DNA from: Halioglobus sp.
GTDB lineage: Bacteria > Pseudomonadota > Gammaproteobacteria > Pseudomonadales > Halieaceae
Assembly: GCA_965262875.1 (NCBI GenBank)
Contig: CBDHGD010000002.1
Location: forward strand, 42,984 to 106,983
Reading direction: 5' to 3'
Length of the DNA stretch: 64,000 nt
Below the pieces are notes generated by a model. The model was not told the DNA's origin. It searched no databases and was given only the letters and a program-made list of their open reading frames with translations. The number at the start of each line of letters is the position of its first letter. Position 1 is the stretch's first letter. A program made the translations under genes and the position numbers. Of the stretch, positions 44,823 through 54,602 are shown piece by piece.

Positions 44823-45638
44823 ATGACCACTCCCGCTTTGGCTGAAAAACCTGCCACTTCTGAAAAACCACAACCTTTGCCCAAGGTCAGCTTCACATTC
44901 ATATCGGATCCCGGGCACAGCTGGTTGATCCTCTCCCCTGCCTGGCTCGATGCTGTTGGCCTGACGCTCGCAGATATATCGACCTGTAGCTATCAGTGCG
45001 CCGATGGCATTCTGGCACTCGAAGAAGATTGCGATGCACCTGCGTTTATCAAGGCCTTCGAGGCGCGTTTTGGCGCGTGTTGTGATCTGCTTGAAGCCCA
45101 TCATGACGTGACAGAAATCCGCAACTGGCCGTGTATATCACACGCCATCTCGGCATCTCCGTGTCGGGAGGTCCCTGCCGTAATCGCACGAGAGAACACC
45201 GCAGACCTCAAAATCGCATTAAGCGATCTGCACCGGCTGGAGCATTTATCGGAATCCATGTGTGGTGCCGATATCATGGAGTATCTCGAAGGTCCGATTG
45301 CTTTGCTCGATCAGGTTGCCGGTTGTGGCCGTACCGCCGACGTGATCACCTACGAGATCCAGCGCTTCCCGATGATTGCAGACGGCGAGGATGGCTATAC
45401 GCTGTTTGATGCGGTCGATCACGCAGGCCAGACCTGGGCGTTCATCGATGTCACGGTCACAAAACGGGTCAATGACTGCCTGGTGGACGAGGTCGCGAGT
45501 GTGGACTGCATCCCGCGTATTGATGCGTCCGACGCGGTGATGAAAGCTTTTGCCAGCGCATTTCCGATGGCCACAACCGAGGATCATCTGGATGCTGTGG
45601 CGCATTTAGGCCCAAACAGCGTGGCTGGCGCCGCATAA
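44823..45638 (+). CDS. conserved hypothetical protein
   Basis: ATG 44823; FISDPGHSWLILSPAWLDAVGL...LALEEDCDAPAF; the family is not recognised with confidence. Confidence 0.45.
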   Translation: MTTPALAEKPATSEKPQPLPKVSFTFISDPGHSWLILSPAWLDAVGLTLADISTCSYQCADGILALEEDCDAPAFIKAFEARFGACCDLLEAHHDVTEIRNWPCISHAISASPCREVPAVIARENTADLKIALSDLHRLEHLSESMCGADIMEYLEGPIALLDQVAGCGRTADVITYEIQRFPMIADGEDGYTLFDAVDHAGQTWAFIDVTVTKRVNDCLVDEVASVDCIPRIDASDAVMKAFASAFPMATTEDHLDAVAHLGPNSVAGAA

Positions 45639-45677
45639 CGCCTGCATGGAAACGAAGGGCATCGAAACTGCGGATAA

Positions 45678-45790
45678 AGTTGCGCGACTTTTCTTTGATA
45701 TCGTATCTCCTGCGCTTTTTCAGAGACCGCATATGCATCAGCTTGTGCATTCCGGGAAAGCGCGGGAGGCTAAACTTAAGTCGTTCAGCT
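45678..45790. repeat. full-length copy of the GTTGAACGACTT-type MITE
   Basis: Collinear with 55909-56083 except for the palindromic-unit insert present there. Confidence 0.6.
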
Positions 45791-45889
45791 CTGGCATGCC
45801 GCCGCAGGATCATCCTTCCATTTTGGCAACTGGATTGTTCTCTTGTGCGGGAACGGTCCTTTCGGGCTGACGGGTTTCCAGGGGCAGAC

Positions 45890-46104
45890 ATAGGTCGCCC
45901 TGCCCCGTAGGACTGACAGATACCGTAATGGGGCTTGGCCTCGCCGCAGTGCCGGCAGCGTATTCCAGCTTGAAAATAGCCAAGCGTGATGGCACTTCCA
46001 AGCTGTTTGATCAGGTCGGAAAACCGTTGGCCCTGTCAACCAGCGGGGTACTCAAGGCGTAGATCGCAATCAGGAAAGGCTCTGATCTGTGTATCGGGGG
46101 TCAT
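45890..46104 (-). pseudogene. zinc-ribbon paralog P3, same interruption as P2
   Basis: MTPDTQIRAFPDCDLRLEYPAG* ... SDLIKQLGSAITLGYFQAGIRCRHCGE. The end is uncertain. Confidence 0.3.
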
Positions 46105-46252
46105 TGTTTTGCCGCTCCGTGAGGGGTGTCGTTCAGGATGTGTGCAACATCAACATGGCACAAAAAACGCCGCAAGTAATGCTTACGGCGTTTTTCTAAA
46201 GTCACGGATGCACAGCTTCACTTGTTTTGTGTGGCTACGCGTTGCGTTTGCT

Positions 46253-46687
46253 CTAGGCAGCGAGTGCTTTTGAGTACATTTTTTTCGCTGATTCAGTGTT
46301 TTCTTCCAAAGCTTTTGCAGAAAGTTCAGCAAACTCGTTACCTTGAACCAGGAATTTTTCATAAGCTGCCGAGCAATTAGAAGCGGCCACTTTGTAAAAA
46401 TCAGCAACATCAGTTGTCTTTGTCAGTGCCTTTGCGCTGTCGAAAGCAGTTGCAAGATTTGACAGGTAGTTATCATATGCTTTTTTAGCTAATTCTTCAC
46501 CGCTTTTGATGACTGCTGCGTTGTAGTCGATCAGGTTTTCCGCGAATTTTACAGAAGTATCTGTAGATTGTGCGCATGTATCTTGAGCTTCAGTTTTTGT
46601 TGATGCCGGTGTTTCCGTTGCGTGTGATGCCGGTATTTCCGGTTTTGCTGCTGCCGGGGCTTCCGTTACTTGTACTGTCTTGGCCAT
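46253..46687 (-). CDS. phasin-family protein
   Basis: 144 aa, Ala/Lys/Glu-rich and helical; FAENLIDYNAAVIKSGEELAKKAYDNYLSNLATAFDSAKAL resembles alphaproteobacterial phasins. Start set at ATG 46687. Confidence 0.6.
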   Translation of the reverse strand: MAKTVQVTEAPAAAKPEIPASHATETPASTKTEAQDTCAQSTDTSVKFAENLIDYNAAVIKSGEELAKKAYDNYLSNLATAFDSAKALTKTTDVADFYKVAASNCSAAYEKFLVQGNEFAELSAKALEENTESAKKMYSKALAA

Positions 46688-46922
46688 TGTTTTTTCCTTT
46701 GTAAGATTTACCAGTTTGGAAGTGTGTATTCCCTGTTTCATGAGGCAATACAACCAATAAATTATGCGCCGCAATATTCATCTGTCAGCATCAATTTTTG
46801 GGCATAACCCCTGCGGTGAAAATTACTGATTCAAATCAGTGTCAGCGGTGTGTCTCTGCGGCTTCAAAGAAAAAGAAATCTTCGTGAAATTGCGTTTTGT
46901 TTTTGGGTTATTTTGCCACCAC

Positions 46923-47100
46923 CTCTCGACTTCTCGCACATGTGATGCGCCATTGGCCGGCAGGGCCAACGGGCTTTTCGACTTCTCGCGCATGTGATGC
47001 GCTGCCAGTCCAATAGGGTATGTGATGCCCTGCCATCCCAACGGGCCCGAGAGGCTGCCAGTCCAGCGGAGCATGAAATGCCCCGCTGGTTGGCAGGGTC
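46923..47100. repeat. array of four palindromic units
   Basis: GCACATGTGATGCGC, GCGCATGTGATGCGC, GGGTATGTGATGCCC and GGAGCATGAAATGCCCC, each with CTCTCG/TTCTCG leaders and TGCC...CCARYGG tails. Confidence 0.8.
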
Positions 47101-47163
47101 GGCTTGCCGTTTACCGGATCATGTGGCTACAGTCTCTGAATAGATCATAAGGGAAAAGCACAG

Positions 47164-47451
47164 ATGGCGTTTACGGGGCGGCGGCGCAAGACTGAGCGGA
47201 AGCGTACAGCGCATCCGGCGGTTCGAATTGAACCTGATGCCGCACTGCGGGTTGAGGGCCAGCGGCTGGAACATTTTTGTTACGCGACAACGCTCCGGAT
47301 CACCTGCGCCTGCGGGCATCAGGGTATTTTGCCTGTGAGCGCGCTCCGTGATCGCTATCCCCGTGGAACCCGGATTAGCGAAGTGCTTGGACATGTGCGT
47401 TGCTCACGCTGTCAGGGCAGTCGCATTCAATCGGTCAAGACGCTCGACTGA
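47164..47451 (+). CDS. small zinc-ribbon protein P4
   Basis: ...LRITCACGHQGILPVSALRDRY...VRCSRCQG. Confidence 0.45.
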   Translation: MAFTGRRRKTERKRTAHPAVRIEPDAALRVEGQRLEHFCYATTLRITCACGHQGILPVSALRDRYPRGTRISEVLGHVRCSRCQGSRIQSVKTLD

Positions 47452-47660
47452 CACAGCGGCGGCCTTTTTGAGGCCTGTTTTTTTCTTCAGCACTCACCTG
47501 ATCTGTCAGGTTCAGTGTCCCGCTCTGGACATATGCGGCAGAACAATTGCTATAAACCGAGAAAACCCGTGACAATTCAACTTTGTTGACACATGCCATT
47601 CAAAATGGGAGAGACCCCGAAGGGCTGTAAACCCGATGATTTCAACGAAGGTGTCAAAAC

Positions 47661-48227
47661 GTGTTTTTCAAGAGCAAAACAACTTCCGGCTCAAAGGCCG
47701 CAGAAACCCCCAAACCGGCAGCACCCAAAGCGTTGGTTGCGACAAGTCCCAAGCCAAATCATTTCAAGGCACCTGCCCGGAAGATCAAGCCGCCTGCCTC
47801 GGTTCTGTCGTCTGATCTGCACATTATCGGCACCGTAAAGACCATCGGAGATATTCAGGTTGATGGCACTGTCGAAGGCAATGTTCATGCGGACCTGCTG
47901 TGCATCGGAGAAAGTGGTGCCATAAAAGGTGAAGTGGTTGCGCGCGATCTTGTGGTAAACGGTCACATCGTTGGCAACGTGCGCAGTCTGAAAATACACC
48001 TGACCACAACCGCCCGTGTTCAGGGCGACATCATTCACAAGACCCTTGCAATCGAAAACGGTGCTTGCTTCGAAGGATCGGCCCAACATCAGGATGACCC
48101 TCTTATTCAAAAAGATCCCAAACCCAAGCCCAAAAGCCAGCCCGCGCCACGCGTGGAGGCTGGTAAAGGTCGTCAGGTTAAAGCCAGAAAAGCACCCAAT
48201 GCAAACCGCCCGAAATTGTCCGAATAA
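47661..48227 (+). CDS. bactofilin-family cytoskeletal protein
   Basis: Central beta-helix repeats: IIGTVKTIGDIQVDGTVEGNVHADLLCIGESGAIKGEVVARDLVVNGHIVGNV...VQGDIIHKTLAIENGACFEG. Pro/Lys-rich tails. GTG start. Confidence 0.8.
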   Translation: MFFKSKTTSGSKAAETPKPAAPKALVATSPKPNHFKAPARKIKPPASVLSSDLHIIGTVKTIGDIQVDGTVEGNVHADLLCIGESGAIKGEVVARDLVVNGHIVGNVRSLKIHLTTTARVQGDIIHKTLAIENGACFEGSAQHQDDPLIQKDPKPKPKSQPAPRVEAGKGRQVKARKAPNANRPKLSE

Positions 48228-48980
48228 GTCAACTTATGGCGCATAAAGTCACAAATACACCCCAAAAAGGCAGGGTTTGTCATATCCGTATTCGGGTTAT
48301 GCGGCTCTTTGAGGGGCTGAGCGCGACACGCTAACATACGGGGGTGCCGTCCGGTGTCGTCGCGTTTTCCAGCTCCTGGCCGAGGCCTATGCGGCCGCGT
48401 AGTGCCAGCCTGTCACCAGTCGCGCCGCCTGTCATGACTCGGGGAGGCGCGCCTGTTTTTCTTCAGCAATGGTTTGTTCTGTGAGGTCAGTCAAGCGACC
48501 CTCACGCATGGCCCCGGCAAGCCGGAACCACGCGAGACGGCCCCGCGCGGGTGCCGCGCAGGCAGGCCGCAGCGCGGCCAGGCGTCATCCCAGCCGATTG
48601 CCAACCACTCACCGCAGTCTTCAGGTGATCCGTTGTGCAATGGTTTCAAGCCTGCTGCCTGTCTGTCGCAGATAAAAACCAGCGTCAAGGATCACAAAAC
48701 TTTTACAGGGGAGCGTCAGGACTGCTCTGATACGGTGCCGTTCCCCACACCGGCCGCCTTGCAAACACAGCCCTGCTTGCAGGCGGGCAAGCAGGGCCGC
48801 GTCTTTCAGGCGACCTGTCTCCTTCGGGGCTTCAATGCATGTGCCAGGCGTCATCCCCTGAAAAACTTTTGCGCCCGGCAAGCCGGCGGCTGCGCCGTCC
48901 CTGACACTGGTTTTTCTCCACGCCTGCCCGTCAGCAGGCCACCGCAATCGGGCGGGTGGTAAATTAAGGAGTTAAACCCA

Positions 48981-49892
48981 ATGCTGACAGCTTATGACGA
49001 AATCGAACTTTTCGGCTTGACCGAAACTGCCGACGATCTGCCTATTCCCTGCGATGATACTTTGCGCGATGCGATCGTGCGGGAAACCTTTGAAAGCTTG
49101 TTTTCTGGCCTATCAGGAACGGGCTTGCATAAAGAAATTGAACCGCTGGCGCATGGGTTGGCAACGTTACTATACCGCCGCCGCAATGTGATCGAGGTAG
49201 AATTAACCAGGCACACAGACGCTTTGCAAGGCTTAATCCGTCTTAAAGACGGGAGCGAAATCACCACAACTGCAATTGGGGACGCCCAAACAAAAGCGGA
49301 AACAATGCGCGATTTACGCGATGCGCTTGACCTTATGGCAGAAACCGCCGCCCAATGCTACGAGTTGGAAACGGGCAACGCATACAATCCACCAAGCGGC
49401 GGGCGGGGTAAACGCAACGCCCATTTATCGGGCGCAATGTTTGAAGCTAAGGACTGGCTGGAAGCGCATGAGGCGCAACAAGCCGAACAATTCAAAATTG
49501 AAGGCGCACCGCTGGCCATTGCTGGTGATCGGGACTGGGTGGACATTGACGCAATCTGGGAGCGTCTCGACCGTATCCGCGACAGATTCCGTGAAAGCTA
49601 TAACAGCGACCTTATTTTGTATCACAAGGCCGACAAAAAAGGCGTGGATGCCATTGCGGCGGCATGGGCGCGTAATCGCAAAGTTGCACAAGTGACGTTT
49701 CAACCGAATTGGCGGGCCTTTGGGAAATCCGCAGGGTTCAAGGCGATAGACCAGATGCTGGACACGCCAAAGCCGCTTGGCGGCGTGGTGATCTTCGGCA
49801 GCGCAGGCATTGCGCTTAATCTGGCCGACAAGGCCGAGGCCAAAGGCATTAAGGCGATGCGGGTTAAACGGCCAGAGCAGAGCGACATCTGA
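48981..49892 (+). CDS. protein with C-terminal DUF2493 (SLOG-like) domain
   Basis: LAIAGDRDW...LILYHKADKKGVDAIAAAWARNRKVAQVTFQPNWRAFGKSAGFKAIDQML...VVIFGSAGI. Confidence 0.65.
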   Translation: MLTAYDEIELFGLTETADDLPIPCDDTLRDAIVRETFESLFSGLSGTGLHKEIEPLAHGLATLLYRRRNVIEVELTRHTDALQGLIRLKDGSEITTTAIGDAQTKAETMRDLRDALDLMAETAAQCYELETGNAYNPPSGGRGKRNAHLSGAMFEAKDWLEAHEAQQAEQFKIEGAPLAIAGDRDWVDIDAIWERLDRIRDRFRESYNSDLILYHKADKKGVDAIAAAWARNRKVAQVTFQPNWRAFGKSAGFKAIDQMLDTPKPLGGVVIFGSAGIALNLADKAEAKGIKAMRVKRPEQSDI

Positions 49893-50150
49893 AACAACGC
49901 CGCCTTGCATTTGTGCAGGGCGGCACCACGGATGGGGCAGGGCGAACGATGCGCAAAGGACACTTCTTACGAAGTGACTGTTAATCATGCTTGCCGCGCC
50001 AAGATGGGCTTGAACAGCCCTCTTGGCGCGGCAATTGGTGAAACACTGGCTGGTTGCATCAAGGATCAAGCGTCGAAGGCGGTGTGTGGCTGTCGGTTAG
50101 AACTGGAATACTCCAGAATAATCCTTTATATATAAATCAGGAGATCAAAC

Positions 50151-50582
50151 ATGGCACATGCCTTACAAATAGATACATTGGCTTTTTCTAAAAAGCTCAA
50201 AGAAGCGGGTGCGGATGATCGGTTGGCGGATGCCATTGTTGAAGGCCTCACCGCCGCTGATACCTCGGAACTTGCTACAAAGTCAGATGTTGCTAAAGTT
50301 GAAAGCGGCCTCAAGCAAGATATTCTCAAAGTCGAAAACAAGATCGATAAAGTTGAGAGCAAGATCGTCGAGGTGAAAGCTGAACTCAAGCAAGACATCG
50401 CCGAAGTCAAAGGCGAGTTGAAGGCTGATATTGCCGAGGTCAGAACCGAGATTGCCGACGTCAAATCCGATTTAACAACGCTTATTATGCAAAGCAGTAA
50501 CCGCACAATTTACATCATAGGCGGGCTGATTGGCTTGCTGTTCGCTATCGACAAGTTACTGCCGCTCGCAGGGCTTGAATAA
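50151..50582 (+). CDS. DUF1640-like coiled-coil membrane protein with internal 11-aa repeats
   Basis: FSKKLKEAGADDRLADAIVEGL...; repeated K.DIAEVK.EL heptad-like blocks; C-terminal TM IYIIGGLIGLLFAI. Confidence 0.55.
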   Translation: MAHALQIDTLAFSKKLKEAGADDRLADAIVEGLTAADTSELATKSDVAKVESGLKQDILKVENKIDKVESKIVEVKAELKQDIAEVKGELKADIAEVRTEIADVKSDLTTLIMQSSNRTIYIIGGLIGLLFAIDKLLPLAGLE

Positions 50583-50598
50583 GAGCCTGCCACAGAAA

Positions 50599-50622
50599 GC
50601 GGCCTTTCGAGGCCGTTTTTTT
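50599..50622 (+). terminator. rho-independent terminator
   Basis: GCGGCC-TTTCGA-GGCCG followed by TTTTTTT. Confidence 0.7.
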
Positions 50623-50904
50623 ATGTCCGGTGATTTTCGGGGGACTTGCCTTGTCTTTAGAATGCCGCCAAAAATGGCGGCGCGGCGCGGGTTACCCACA
50701 ACCCTTCGTCGTTCGATACTTGGGGTCTCTCGCCTACGGGCGCAAGGTCAGAACAAAATCTCCCATGGTCGATTGCGTTCTGACTGGATAACCCGCCCCG
50801 CCGATAGACGAGGCGTTCCTGACTGGATCGCCAGCTTCAGAAAGTGGCGCAGCCTTACAGCAAAAGACCAACCCGAAAGACGGTGTGGATACGATAGCAA
50901 GCGG

Positions 50905-51192
50905 CTATGCGTTCACCGCCGCTTTAAGGGCGGTGGCGGCACGAATGCTGACAGCCTTGTCAGCGTCCTTGCTGATCATCTCGCCGGTTGCCGGACTGCG
51001 TAACTCGCGGGCAGGGCGGTCACGGGTTTCAAACTTGGCAAGATCGGGCAGAGCCACAGCATCCCCTGCTGTCAGGCGTTTGCTGACAACTTTGGCAAGC
51101 GCATCCAGAACTTCGCTTGCCGTCTTCTGGGTGCATCCAGTTTCCTCTGCCAGATCTTTTATCAATGCGCTTTTGGGGATGGGTCGTGCCAT
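50905..51192 (-). CDS. HU-family DNA-binding protein
   Basis: ALIKDLAEETGCTQKTASEVLDAL...FETRDRPARELRSPATGE; 95 aa from ATG 51192. Confidence 0.85.
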   Translation of the reverse strand: MARPIPKSALIKDLAEETGCTQKTASEVLDALAKVVSKRLTAGDAVALPDLAKFETRDRPARELRSPATGEMISKDADKAVSIRAATALKAAVNA

Positions 51193-51557
51193 ATGGGGTT
51201 CCTTTGCGTGTGTTTCTGCTCGTGTGGCCTGAGCCACTTGCGGCAAACTATGCAGGGGATGGTACTGATTGCAAGTCTTGTTTGCTTGGGCCATACCGTT
51301 TGATCCGGGTGGGCGTTGTCGTCTTCTTTGCCAGGGTAAGCAGTCATGCCATCTGATCAATCCGGTGGCACTGTCTTTGCCTGCGGCGGCATAAACAATG
51401 TGGTTTATGTTGCTGGATCAGCGCAGACCTGCCTTGTTTCTTAAGATGGATCAATAAGCCTTGGCGCAGAGTGGACAAGGGTCTGCCCTATAGCAACGTA
51501 TGCTCATTCCAGAATCCTTGTGCTTATAGACAGGTCATCGCATACAGCGAGCGTGGT

Positions 51558-51599
51558 GCATTAAGGAGCCAATATGACGTCATATTGGCTCCTTAATGC
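51558..51599. repeat. 42-bp perfect palindrome
   Basis: GCATTAAGGAGCCAATATGAC|GTCATATTGGCTCCTTAATGC, centred on GACGTC. Each strand reads AAGGAG-N6-ATG. Confidence 0.9.
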
Positions 51600-51738
51600 T
51601 TAAGTGGAGCAGACCCTCTTCAAGTCAAAAATTCCCCTTGGCCAAGGCCAATTCCGCGCGGAAGACAATTTTTAACGTGACCCCTCGGCTCTCCCCAAGG
51701 CTTTTCAATTTCCCATCGAAACAAGGAAGGACCTTACG

Positions 51739-51963
51739 ATGACCCATAAATATTACAATGTTTGTATCGCCACCACAGGCAAAGACGACAAAACCTACTT
51801 CACCAAAGTCGGCGCGGCGTTTCCCGGCAAAGACGGCAGCAAAGCCATCATGAACATCAAACTCGATGCCCATTCCCTCAACGGCGAATACGTCCTCTTT
51901 GCCTCTCGGGCATGTAATGCCCTGTCGGCCAGCGGCACCCAAAACCAAAACCGGCAACGATGA
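51739..51963 (+). CDS. small hypothetical protein with a palindromic unit in its 3' part
   Basis: MTHKYYNVCIATTGKDDKTYFTKVGAAFPGKDGSKAIMNIKLDA...; unit at 51902-51935. Confidence 0.35.
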   Translation: MTHKYYNVCIATTGKDDKTYFTKVGAAFPGKDGSKAIMNIKLDAHSLNGEYVLFASRACNALSASGTQNQNRQR

Positions 51964-51990
51964 CGTCGTCGAATAACCCAACTCCCAACT

Positions 51991-52019
51991 GGGCGGCCCA
52001 AAGTGGCCGCCCTTTTTTC
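51991..52019 (+). terminator. rho-independent terminator
   Basis: GGGCGGCC-CAAAGT-GGCCGCCC followed by TTTTTTC. Confidence 0.7.
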
Positions 52020-52409
52020 TGTTGCAGCATTCTTACGGTGCTGTTGTCGTTGATCCGGTTGAGCGAAACGATAACAGTGTTTTAAAGCAACGGGTTGCTT
52101 TAACGGATCTCGACCGATCCTGTTTTTGTGGCCCTTGGGGTTCGGGCAAGCCGAACGCCACTTCGGGCTATTGGGGGCCTGTTCCGGCCCCCTTTCCAAA
52201 TTGTGGGGCTTCCCCATGCTCGCTTTAAAAATCAAAGATTTTGAAACCTGCGCGTGGGTCCAGTCCCGCGCTAAAGCGCGAATTTTGAAATTCCCCGCCC
52301 CTTTCTTTCATCGCATTCAGATTTTCAGAGCAGCGCCCTTACGGGCTTGTCTCAAAATATGAACCATTTGGGGAATAACCTCAAACACAGCGCAAAAGGA
52401 AACGTCAAA

Positions 52410-53285
52410 ATGGCAAAAGTTGATATGCACGCAGTAATTACAAACCAAGTAATAGCATTATTAGAAGCTGGCACAGTGCCTTGGGTTAAGCCTTGGAGTA
52501 TTGGCGGTTGCACATCCATGCCGCGTCGATCAACCGGGGCGTTTTATCAGGGCATTAATGTTTTAATCCTTTGGATGAAATGCACGGAAATGGGATATTC
52601 TTGCGACCAATGGTTAACCTATAAGCAAGCGGCAGCTCTGGGCGGCCAAGTCGTCAAAGGATCAAAGGCAACGCGGGTGGTTTATTACAACAAGACTATT
52701 GCTAAAGATGAAAACGACAAGGAAACAATCATTCCATTTCTGAAATCCTATAGCGTCTTTAACGCCAGTCAAATTGAAGGATTGCCGGCACAATACGACC
52801 TTGAGCCAGCAGAACCAGAGGTTTTTGAAAATGAAATCATTGAACAGGCTCAAAATTTTGTTGATGGGACAGGTGCAGAAATCAAACATGGGGGCAATCG
52901 TGCATTTTATGCGCGGAAACGAGACCAGGTGACCATGCCGGAGTTGAAACATTTTCACAGTTCAGAGGCGTATTTTCAAACATTGAATCACGAACTCATT
53001 CATTGGTCAGGTGCGAAAGCCCGGCTTGACCGGACCAAAGGCAAAAGGTTTGGTGATAATGCTTATGCCTTCGAAGAGCTGGTCGCTGATATGGGCGCGG
53101 CGTTTCTCTGTGCGCGTTTAAATATATCTCCGAACATGGAACAAACGGCGGCTTATATTCAAAGTTGGCTAAAAGTCTTGCGCGAAGATAAGAAGTTTAT
53201 TTTCCGCGCCGCGAGCCAGGCATCAAAGGCGGCTGAATACCTATTCGATCTAAATCCGCAACAAAATGAGCAGGAGGCCGCATAA
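52410..53285 (+). CDS. ardC: ArdC-type antirestriction protein, copy 2 (intact)
   Basis: LLEAGTVPWVKPW, YQGINVLILW, WLTYKQAAALGGQVVKGSK, zincin HELIHW. Start set at MAKVDMH. Confidence 0.85.
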   Translation: MAKVDMHAVITNQVIALLEAGTVPWVKPWSIGGCTSMPRRSTGAFYQGINVLILWMKCTEMGYSCDQWLTYKQAAALGGQVVKGSKATRVVYYNKTIAKDENDKETIIPFLKSYSVFNASQIEGLPAQYDLEPAEPEVFENEIIEQAQNFVDGTGAEIKHGGNRAFYARKRDQVTMPELKHFHSSEAYFQTLNHELIHWSGAKARLDRTKGKRFGDNAYAFEELVADMGAAFLCARLNISPNMEQTAAYIQSWLKVLREDKKFIFRAASQASKAAEYLFDLNPQQNEQEAA

Positions 53286-53482
53286 GCGCACCCTGCGCGG
53301 AACGCGGCGCGGATGGCGCTGGAAGGGTGCCTTTGGCATGGCCAGTTTGCCCTTTAAAAACACACAAAAACAACAGGTTAACACCCGTATTCTGCTTGTA
53401 AAAGCACCCCGAATATGGTAAAAATAACCAAATAAAACAACGCTTTAACCGAAGATATCTATGCAAATAGAAAGGGTCTGAA

Positions 53483-53962
53483 ATGTCAGAGAAACGCAAG
53501 AGGCTGCCAAGCCGACGCCCGTCCGAAGTGCGTAAAATCAAGATGCAGAATGGCCAGTCATTATATGTGACTTTGGGATATGACCCCATGGTTCCGGATG
53601 CGCCAAAAGAAGTGTTTTATGATCGCGGGTTTCGGGAGGGCGCAGAGTTGCAATTCATCGCCAACGATATGTGCATCATGATCTCTTTGCTGTTGCAGGC
53701 GGGGTATACAGCCAAGGATATTTCCAAGTCGCTTTCAAAAACCACTGTGGAAACGCCAACGGGTTTCTCGACTTCTCGCGCATCACATACCCGAGAAGCT
53801 GCCAACCCAACGGCTGAGGTGTCACAGCACGGCTCGATCGTAGGGTTGATCGTGGAGCAACTACAGATTGCCCCGTCATGGATGAAGGAAGCCGGGAACC
53901 GCACCGGCATCAATGCCGATGTACATAAAGCGATTACAGGAGGTCATCATGCAAGATTATAA
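53483..53962 (+). CDS. hypothetical protein (TSCPD-like N-terminal pattern, weak) with a palindromic unit in frame
   Basis: RLPSRRPSEVRKIKMQNGQSLYVTLGYD...EVFYDRGFREGAEL...MISLLLQAGY. Unit at 53764-53813. Confidence 0.35.
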   Translation: MSEKRKRLPSRRPSEVRKIKMQNGQSLYVTLGYDPMVPDAPKEVFYDRGFREGAELQFIANDMCIMISLLLQAGYTAKDISKSLSKTTVETPTGFSTSRASHTREAANPTAEVSQHGSIVGLIVEQLQIAPSWMKEAGNRTGINADVHKAITGGHHARL

Positions 53963-54542
53963 CGCAGTGTCAAAATGGCATTTCGAGAGCGAGATCGGCG
54001 AGAAGCGCGGCATGGTGTCCCTGGCCGAGCAGGACGGGATCACGGCGTTGCGTGTCAGGTTCGCCGATGGCGATACAGAGACCGCCACCATAGCATTGAC
54101 GCTGGCGCAAGCCGAGTTCCTGATCGATGCGTTGCCCGCAGCTTTGAACGTGGTGCGGGCGCGTCAGGAACGCCGGGCTTGGGAGGCGTCGCTGTATGAT
54201 CCCTTTGCCGATATTTGCGCGGATATTCCAGATAAAAACGGGGTGCCGCAAACCGGCCCGTCTCAGCCGGCCTCAAAGGCTGTGGCAAAAACACCAGCGC
54301 AAAAAGCATCCGCTGCGGGTGATGCCGAGGCAGTGGATGCGCCTGGCGGCATGGCAAAGCCGGACCTGCCAATCCCTGCGCGGCGCGGTGCGCCCTGGAC
54401 GGCGGCGGAAGAAAAGCAGCTGGCAGAGAGCCACGGCGCGGGGCAAAGCGTTGACGCGCTGGCGGATCAGTTTGACCGAAGTCCGTTCGCGATCACAAAG
54501 CGGCTGGAAAAACTCGGCCTCATTGAAGCGAAAGCCGCATAG
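53949..54542 (+). CDS. hypothetical protein with C-terminal Myb/SANT-like HTH
   Basis: APWTAAEEKQLAESHGAGQSVDALADQFDRSPFAITKRLEKLGL. Confidence 0.4.
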   Translation: MQDYNAVSKWHFESEIGEKRGMVSLAEQDGITALRVRFADGDTETATIALTLAQAEFLIDALPAALNVVRARQERRAWEASLYDPFADICADIPDKNGVPQTGPSQPASKAVAKTPAQKASAAGDAEAVDAPGGMAKPDLPIPARRGAPWTAAEEKQLAESHGAGQSVDALADQFDRSPFAITKRLEKLGLIEAKAA

Positions 54543-54571
54543 CCAGAAATCAAACTCCAGGAAATAGCAGG

Positions 54572-54602
54572 GCGCGGGATTGATCCTATCCCGCGCTTTT
54601 TT
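54572..54602 (+). terminator. rho-independent terminator
   Basis: GCGCGGGAT-TGATCCT-ATCCCGCGC followed by TTTTTT. Confidence 0.7.

Noticed and set aside
48250-48980. Overlapping ORFs 48474-48962 (+), 48621-48947 (-) and 48491-48688 (-) as genes
   Set aside because: They are mutually overlapping frames in GC-rich DNA with no motif I recognise. One minus frame ends ...TEQTIAEEKQARLPES and may be the tail of a decayed gene, but I could not reconstruct a coherent protein.
50620-50900. Possible small RNA in the gap between the DUF1640-like gene and HU (hairpins GCCGCCAAAAATGGCGGC and GTCAGAAC...GTTCTGAC)
   Set aside because: I could identify no promoter/terminator pair or known RNA motif. Isolated hairpins are common in this repeat-rich DNA.
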